Source of the DNA: an uncultured Lachnospiraceae bacterium
GTDB taxonomy: Bacteria > Bacillota > Clostridia > Lachnospirales > Lachnospiraceae
Reading direction: 5' to 3'
NCBI GenBank assembly: GCA_964591265.1
Contig: CAZQAB010000015.1
Coordinates: 301-64,300 of the forward strand
DNA length: 64,000 bases
Shown here: positions 58,104-64,000 of the stretch, one piece after another
How the letters are laid out: each line of letters starts with the position of its first letter
How positions within the stretch are numbered: position 1 is the stretch's first letter
Notes under the pieces: generated by a model
The model's database searches: none
Told to the model about the DNA's origin: nothing
Seen by the model: only the letters and a program-made list of their open reading frames with translations
Translations under genes and position numbers: made by a program

Positions 58104-59493
58104 AGAGCATTTAGCTGTCAAAATATTTATTGTAACTGTAGGAGTGCTTTTAATGGTATGTATATTACTTTATGGAATGATTGTGCTGGGGATTTCCCAC
58201 AGTTATATTGCAGAACTGGATGAGAGTATAGACAGGCAGATGGAACAGATTGTTGAACAAATACCTGAAATTTCCGAAGATGAAATGAAGGGTATGATAA
58301 GTATGTTTGCGATGGAACATGTGATTAATATTAGTATCAGAAACGATGATGGAAATGAAGTAGGAAACTATGGATCAATTGCATATGATATATCACCTGT
58401 GATAAATACGAATGAAAAACAGGAAAATACGGGTATCACGAAATCTTATACGGCAAGTAATAAGGAAGGGGAAAAATATCATCTGCTGGTATTTGGAGAC
58501 AGACAGCAGACAAATGCTGTATTAAACTCACTTAGTCGAGTATTTCCGATGTTAGGCATGGTTACATTTCTAGCAGCGCTTATCACAGCGGCTTTTTATG
58601 CAAGATACGTTACAAAGCCAATTCTGGCGATCAGTGATGTGTCGCGTAGAATGGCAGATTTAAAATTTGATGTACGTTGTTTGGAGAACAGAGAAGATGA
58701 ATTGGGGATTTTAGGAGAAAATTTAAATCATTTGGCAGAACGGCTTGAGGAATCGCTTAGGGAGCTGCATGAAAAGAATAAGCTTCTTCAGCATGATATT
58801 ATCAGAAAACAGCAAATTGAACAGGAACAAATGGCTTTTTTCTCAGCAGTATCACATGAATTGAAAACACCAGTCACTATTCTGAAAGGGCAGATACAGG
58901 GAATGCTGTATAATATTGGTGGGTACAAGGATAGAGATAAATATCTAAAACGATCAGGTGAAGTGGTTAATTCCCTGGAAGAGATGGTACAGGAAATTTT
59001 AGAAATTGCAAGAATTAAGTCAAAAGGGTTTTCTTTAAATATGTCAGCAGTAGACATGAAACAACTGATCAAAGAAGTGCTGAAAGATATGGAGGATATT
59101 GCCATTGATAAGGGATTGCAGTTAAATATCAGCTTATCAAATATACCAGTAATAAATGCAGACCGATCATTTATGAAAAAGGTACTGAATAATCTTGTCG
59201 GGAATGCAATAAAGTATTCAGAAGCAGAGGCGAATATTTGGATAGATCTGTATGAAGAAAACAAAAGTATCGTTTTTTCTGTTGAAAATGAAACATCACC
59301 TATCCCAGAAGAAGAAATCCCAAAACTTTTTGAAGCCTTTTACAGACGTGAACAGTCGAGAAATAGAATGTCAGGAGGAAGCGGTTTGGGGTTGTACATT
59401 GTAAAGATGATTTTGGAACTACATCATTTTCAATATAATTTTGTAAATACAAAAAATGGAATAAGAATGAGAATTATATGCCCGATAGTATAA
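58087..59493 (+). CDS. HAMP-domain sensor histidine kinase
   Basis: Two TM segments, EDELGIL HAMP, SHELKTP, NAIKYS, GSGLGL. Confidence 0.95.
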   Translation: MIKYIKEHLAVKIFIVTVGVLLMVCILLYGMIVLGISHSYIAELDESIDRQMEQIVEQIPEISEDEMKGMISMFAMEHVINISIRNDDGNEVGNYGSIAYDISPVINTNEKQENTGITKSYTASNKEGEKYHLLVFGDRQQTNAVLNSLSRVFPMLGMVTFLAALITAAFYARYVTKPILAISDVSRRMADLKFDVRCLENREDELGILGENLNHLAERLEESLRELHEKNKLLQHDIIRKQQIEQEQMAFFSAVSHELKTPVTILKGQIQGMLYNIGGYKDRDKYLKRSGEVVNSLEEMVQEILEIARIKSKGFSLNMSAVDMKQLIKEVLKDMEDIAIDKGLQLNISLSNIPVINADRSFMKKVLNNLVGNAIKYSEAEANIWIDLYEENKSIVFSVENETSPIPEEEIPKLFEAFYRREQSRNRMSGGSGLGLYIVKMILELHHFQYNFVNTKNGIRMRIICPIV

Positions 59494-59530
59494 GAGACGG
59501 TTCGTTGCGATAAGCAGCGGACCGTCTTTT
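59493..59530 (+). terminator. Intrinsic terminator after the kinase gene
   Basis: agacggttcgttgc-gataa-gcagcggaccgtct followed by ttt. Confidence 0.8.
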
Positions 59531-59618
59531 AATATACATGAAAACTACACAGAAAAAACGAGATAAAAACAGATGAAGAACGGAAAATAAGAAGCAGCAA
59601 GGCAAAGGAGACGAGAAA

Positions 59619-60836
59619 GTGAACTGTAAAAAAAGGGCACTACGTTACATATTAAGAAAGAAAGTAAAAACAATGACTTTATTTTTGGTTCTTTTACTTG
59701 CAGAGACGATGATTTTATCCATAGTAATAATATTAAGAGCTTCAACGGAAGAAAAAAAGTCATTGCAGGAAAGGACTAATACAAAAGTCATTGCAGAAAT
59801 CCAGAACGAAAAACAGTTTATTACAGAGGCAGAATTAAAACAAATGAAAAAAATGGAAAATGTCAGGGAGTTAAATTCTTCATTAAAGGTTACTGCTTAT
59901 CCATATGATTTTCAACTAATATCATACAGTGAAAACAATTCGGAAAAAAATATTCAGTTGCAGTTGACAGCGTATGACGATTTAAGTGCAGATGGTCCGT
60001 TCGCCGACAGTCAGGTGCGGTTGGTTGATGGGGAATATCCCCAAAAACAAAATGAAATTGTAATAAACAAAGTGTTGGCGAATTACAATTCGTTGACAGT
60101 TGGAAGCAGCTTGACGATAGAGAGTAAAGAAGGAACTGAAATAACTGCAATCGTATCTGGAATTTATAGTTCGGGATTGGAAGAGAAACAGGAAGAAGAG
60201 ACTCTGGCAGTATACAGAATAGAAAATACGATTTACACCAGTTCAGAATTTGCATTGGATATTCAATCGGATCAGGGATATGAAAGTGTCGTTGTTTATC
60301 TCAATGATCCAGAACAAATGGATGAAACGGCAGAAAAATTAGCTGCATTACTAAATGATAAGGTGACAATCACAAAATCAGATACGTTGTTTCAACAAAT
60401 GAAAGCTCCATTAGAACAGGTGGAGCGAGTGGTAAAACTAATGTTGATATTAACAATAGGAACATCAGTGATTGTGATCGCACTGCTGTTATGTATGTGG
60501 ATGCGAGCAAGGAAAAAGGAAATAGCAGTGTATATCAGTTTGGGAGAACCAAAAGGAAGTATTTTTTTACAAGTCTGTTTAGAAAGCCTAATGGTATTTT
60601 TGACAGCAACCTCCTCGTCCGTTTTTACTGGCGGTGTTGTAGCTTGGTTTTTAAATTTGATTTTATTTAATCATGATACTGAAAATTCCATAACACTTCA
60701 GATAGGAATACAAGGAGCGGATGTAGGGTATTTACTGGCATTGGGAATAAGTATATTAATTGCAGCATTGGGAATTTCTTTATTTCCTATTTTGCAAATG
60801 AATCCAAAAGATATTTTATCAGAAATGGAGGGATGA
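59619..60836 (+). CDS. FtsX/MacB-like ABC permease
   Basis: 1+3 TM topology, RKKEIAVYISLG, MNPKDIL. Confidence 0.9.
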   Translation: MNCKKRALRYILRKKVKTMTLFLVLLLAETMILSIVIILRASTEEKKSLQERTNTKVIAEIQNEKQFITEAELKQMKKMENVRELNSSLKVTAYPYDFQLISYSENNSEKNIQLQLTAYDDLSADGPFADSQVRLVDGEYPQKQNEIVINKVLANYNSLTVGSSLTIESKEGTEITAIVSGIYSSGLEEKQEEETLAVYRIENTIYTSSEFALDIQSDQGYESVVVYLNDPEQMDETAEKLAALLNDKVTITKSDTLFQQMKAPLEQVERVVKLMLILTIGTSVIVIALLLCMWMRARKKEIAVYISLGEPKGSIFLQVCLESLMVFLTATSSSVFTGGVVAWFLNLILFNHDTENSITLQIGIQGADVGYLLALGISILIAALGISLFPILQMNPKDILSEMEG

Positions 60837-62278
60837 AGATGGGAATTTTAAAAAGAGGCTTTTTCTCTATTATCAGAAAGCCAATAAAAAGTGTATTGCT
60901 TTTAGCGATTGTGACAGCAATTAGTAGTTTTTTTATAGCGGGACTGGCCTGCAAATCAGCCAGTGTTTTAGTGCAGGATTCTGCCAGACAGGCTGTGGGA
61001 GCAACTTTTCGGTTAGAAGAAAATGAAGAAAACCGGCATACCAGAATGGAAGAAGCCGTGAGAATAATAGGCGAGGATCAGAGCGGAAGTTACCAGGGCT
61101 ATTATCAGGAGAAGTTGGAAAACGGCAGTTGGAAAACTGGAACAGATAATTCATTTGAAACAATAAAAGTAGATGATGTTGAAATGATTGCGAATGTAGA
61201 TGGAATTGAAGACTATAATCTCATTACAGTTCCTACGGTAGTCAATCCTGTAAATTTTAAACGAATCGAGGATCAGGAGACCGATCAGAGTAATGATGTT
61301 GGCGGTGTCAATTTGAGGGGAAACCGTATCATGGAGATGGATATGGATGTTGCCGCCGGAAAGATTGAAATTGTGGAAGGAAGAATGGTGGACGAAAACG
61401 ATACAGATGTAGTTGTAGTCTCGCAACAGCTGGCTCAGTTAAATGATTTGAAAATTGGAGATATGTTGGAATTTAATGATTACCAGGATAAAGAAGATTC
61501 CACAATATATAGTGCTACTATAATAGGAATTTATAAAGCGGTACAAGAATTGAAACCAATTATGTCAGGCGATTCCTACCGTTCAGAAAATACGATATTT
61601 ACAGATATGAGTTTTCCGGAAAAGCCATCCGGGGATGAAGGAAATCCACTTTTTCAATATGCAATTTTCAAAGTAGAGGATGTTGATTTATATGATCAGG
61701 TAAAAGAAAATATTCGTAAGGCGGATATTGACTGGAGCAGGTATGACTTAATTGATAATAATGGAAATATGGAAAGCATGGCGGAAAATTTCAACAGTAT
61801 GGAAAAAATCAGTAATATCCTTTTGATTTTCATATCAGCAGCAAGTTTCGCAATACTAGTTCTGATATTTATTTTTTGGACGAGAAATCGTATTCAGGAG
61901 ATCGGGATTTTTATGGCCATTGGTGAAAGTAAGAAAAAAATCTGGGGACAGTTCATGTGGGAGGGAATGCTCGTAGGAATGATAGGGTTATTATTGTCTT
62001 TTGTAATTTCACCAATGCTGTCAGAAGTAACGGCGGTCTATTTGGCGCAGGAAACGATGATGGTACAGCAAGAACAGAATGCAGCAAGCTTGAATCAGGT
62101 TGCAACAGACGTACCCGAAACAGATTTGGATATTCAAGGCGTTGAAATACACATAACACGGATCATGATTTTGGAAGATGTTGTTGCAATCATTATGCTT
62201 TTGTTTGCTTCGGTATCTGTGGCGGGTATCACGATTATGAAAAGAAAGCCTAAAGCAATACTAAATGAAATGGGATAA
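60833..62278 (+). CDS. FtsX/MacB-like ABC permease
   Basis: RKPIKS, RIQEIGIFMAIG, RKPKAIL. Confidence 0.9.
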   Translation: MKMGILKRGFFSIIRKPIKSVLLLAIVTAISSFFIAGLACKSASVLVQDSARQAVGATFRLEENEENRHTRMEEAVRIIGEDQSGSYQGYYQEKLENGSWKTGTDNSFETIKVDDVEMIANVDGIEDYNLITVPTVVNPVNFKRIEDQETDQSNDVGGVNLRGNRIMEMDMDVAAGKIEIVEGRMVDENDTDVVVVSQQLAQLNDLKIGDMLEFNDYQDKEDSTIYSATIIGIYKAVQELKPIMSGDSYRSENTIFTDMSFPEKPSGDEGNPLFQYAIFKVEDVDLYDQVKENIRKADIDWSRYDLIDNNGNMESMAENFNSMEKISNILLIFISAASFAILVLIFIFWTRNRIQEIGIFMAIGESKKKIWGQFMWEGMLVGMIGLLLSFVISPMLSEVTAVYLAQETMMVQQEQNAASLNQVATDVPETDLDIQGVEIHITRIMILEDVVAIIMLLFASVSVAGITIMKRKPKAILNEMG

Positions 62279-62298
62279 ATACAGGAGGAGAATTACAG

Positions 62299-62433
62299 AT
62301 GAAAGAAAATACAGTTATTGGTATCCTGAACTTTTGTGCTGTGTCTCCTAAAAAAGAAACCGTTAGATATGAATACAGAACAGGCGATGTATTTTATAAC
62401 GAATTACCTGAATCATCACGATATCTTAATTAA
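62299..62433 (+). CDS. 44-aa ORF or gene remnant inside the ABC operon
   Basis: AGGAGG RBS, then MKENTVIGILNFCAVSPKKETVRYEYRTGDVFYNELPESSRYLN. Confidence 0.35.
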   Translation: MKENTVIGILNFCAVSPKKETVRYEYRTGDVFYNELPESSRYLN

Positions 62434-62507
62434 GAGCAATAAGATAGAGGGAAATGCTGGAGTTAACATAGGTATAGGGTTTCGGTATAAGACTGGGGAA
62501 GATTAAA

Positions 62508-63167
62508 ATGATTTTAGAGGCAAAAAATGTTGTTTATTACTACAAAGCTAATAAAACAAGAAAAATACTGGATGAGGTCTCCTATTCGTTTAAGGATGGA
62601 AATATGTATGCAATTTTAGGCCCTAGTGGATCTGGTAAAACAACATTTTTATCTTTACTGGCGGGATTGGATACGCCTGTAACGGGAGAGATTCTTTATG
62701 CAGGAGAAAATATTCAAAAAAAAGGATTGAATTATCACCGCAAAAATAATATTTCTTTGGTATTTCAGAACTATAATTTAATTGATTATCTGACGCCAAA
62801 AGAAAATGTTATGCTGGGCGGAAGTACCAATGTAGGAAGACTGTTAGAAATGGTCGGAATTCCAATGGAGGATTGGAATAGAAAGGTCCTTCAGTTATCA
62901 GGAGGTCAACAACAGAGAGTTGCTATCGCAAGAGCACTTGCAAGTTCAGCAAAAGTTTTACTGGCAGATGAACCTACAGGTAATCTTGATGAAGAAACCG
63001 AGGAACAAATTATAAAAATTTTGCAAAATAGTGCTCATAAACAAGGTAAATGTGTGATTGTAGTCACTCATAGCAGAAAAGTAGCTTCCGCAGCAGATGT
63101 AGTTATTAAAATAAACCTAGGAAAAATCACGGAAGAAAAAAAGATTGAATTGCTTCTGTCTGATTAA
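62508..63167 (+). CDS. ABC ATP-binding protein (LolD/MacB-like)
   Basis: GPSGSGKT, LSGGQQQ, ADEPTGNLD, VTH. Confidence 0.95.
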   Translation: MILEAKNVVYYYKANKTRKILDEVSYSFKDGNMYAILGPSGSGKTTFLSLLAGLDTPVTGEILYAGENIQKKGLNYHRKNNISLVFQNYNLIDYLTPKENVMLGGSTNVGRLLEMVGIPMEDWNRKVLQLSGGQQQRVAIARALASSAKVLLADEPTGNLDEETEEQIIKILQNSAHKQGKCVIVVTHSRKVASAADVVIKINLGKITEEKKIELLLSD

Positions 63168-63288
63168 AAATTGCTTTAGTATATGTTTGGCAATTACACA
63201 TAAATCATACAAAAAATACGCAGAAAGCATAAAGAATGACGATATGATAATGATGATACGATAATGATGTAAAGGAAAAGGATGGTAA

Positions 63289-63840
63289 ATGAAAAGAATT
63301 ATATTTTTTATTGCGCTTTTAACATTAGTTATGGTGGGAACTGCAGGGTGCAGCCAAGAAACCACGAATACCGATCAAACAGAAAATATGTCGCAAAATT
63401 CTCAAGATGAAACAGAAGATAAAATGTCAAGTTCAACCTACGATGAAAATGCTTATATGCAGGAAAGTGACTTAGATGAAGTAAAGGAAGAAGATTTAGA
63501 GGAAACAAACATTTTTGATTTGGCAGATCTGCAGGGAACTGTTTTGGAGTTTACAAATTCTGGCTGTACGATATCTCCACAGATAAATGAAGGGGATGAT
63601 TTAGCATATGAGGCAGCCGTTGGAGTAGAAGATGATGCAGGGAACATAACTGTATTATATTCTGCCGATACACAATTTCAAATTGTAACAGCTAACGCAG
63701 AACAGCAAGAAATAGAGAGTATAAACAATACAGAAAAGGACGAGTTAAAAAAGCAATCAGAGGTTTGCTTATTTGGGAATTATCAGGAAGATAATACATT
63801 TTTGGCAACAAGAGTGGTTATTGTCAGGTGGAATAGTTAA
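63289..63840 (+). CDS. Acidic lipoprotein of unknown function
   Basis: Signal peptide with lipobox TAGC. Confidence 0.8.
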   Translation: MKRIIFFIALLTLVMVGTAGCSQETTNTDQTENMSQNSQDETEDKMSSSTYDENAYMQESDLDEVKEEDLEETNIFDLADLQGTVLEFTNSGCTISPQINEGDDLAYEAAVGVEDDAGNITVLYSADTQFQIVTANAEQQEIESINNTEKDELKKQSEVCLFGNYQEDNTFLATRVVIVRWNS

Positions 63841-63859
63841 ATTCACAGGAGGTAATTGA

Positions 63860-63991
63860 ATGGAAGCTAAGGAATATACTTGCGTGATTGAACATTGTAT
63901 TAGTGAGAAAAGTTTTATAGGGTTAAGAGAAGAAGCAAGTGGTGTCATAGGAGTTCAATATGGTAAATGCTGCACCAGTAGAGCGCTTTAA
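63860..63991 (+). CDS. 43-aa Cys-containing ORF or gene remnant
   Basis: AGGAGGT RBS, then MEAKEYTCVIEHCISEKSFIGLREEASGVIGVQYGKCCTSRAL. Confidence 0.35.
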   Translation: MEAKEYTCVIEHCISEKSFIGLREEASGVIGVQYGKCCTSRAL

Positions 63992-64000
63992 AAAAATAAA

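Noticed and set aside
1-64000. CRISPR arrays, tRNA/rRNA genes, group II introns, retron or DGR reverse transcriptases, T-boxes
   Set aside because: No regularly spaced repeats, cloverleaf/T-loop signatures, YADD-type motifs or T-box consensus seen by eye; a tRNAscan/Rfam/CRISPR scan would be needed to exclude them formally

Overview
Window from a Lachnospiraceae-like (Clostridia) chromosome. A GC-rich housekeeping backbone (rrf2, ABC exporters, D-2-hydroxyacid dehydrogenase, glmM, hisC; later cstA, apt-rel-MBL-hemZ-HD-GYP-hisS-aspS, larE, SPFH-RHH, Ca/Na antiporter) is interrupted by four accessory blocks. (1) The end of an integrative element at ~1-2.7 kb: sigma-like protein, excisionase-like HTH, Xre HTH, and a McrA-like HNH nuclease that the ORF track missed because it runs off the window. 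(2) A ~14.6 kb, visibly more AT-rich carbohydrate island at ~12.7-27.4 kb with two modules of unknown substrate: AraC-ABC-773 aa six-hairpin-like protein-Gfo/Idh/MocA, and LacI-divergent RbsD-BtpA/SgcQ-ribokinase-ABC. (3) A four-gene mutagenesis cassette at 30.0-33.5 kb: S24/LexA-like repressor, small hypothetical, Y-family polymerase, YolD-like protein. (4) An AT-rich island from ~56 kb with an internally deleted IS110 that appears to keep both ends and a highly structured upstream non-coding region (bridge-RNA candidate), a MITE-like inverted repeat, and a two-component system/ABC operon. No rRNA, tRNA or CRISPR array was recognised. Best candidates for undescribed biology: the mini-IS110 with its ncRNA and possible SD-ATG targeting, the two orphan sugar pathways, and the self-regulated mutagenesis cassette. 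All family assignments are from motif recognition by eye; no database search was run.
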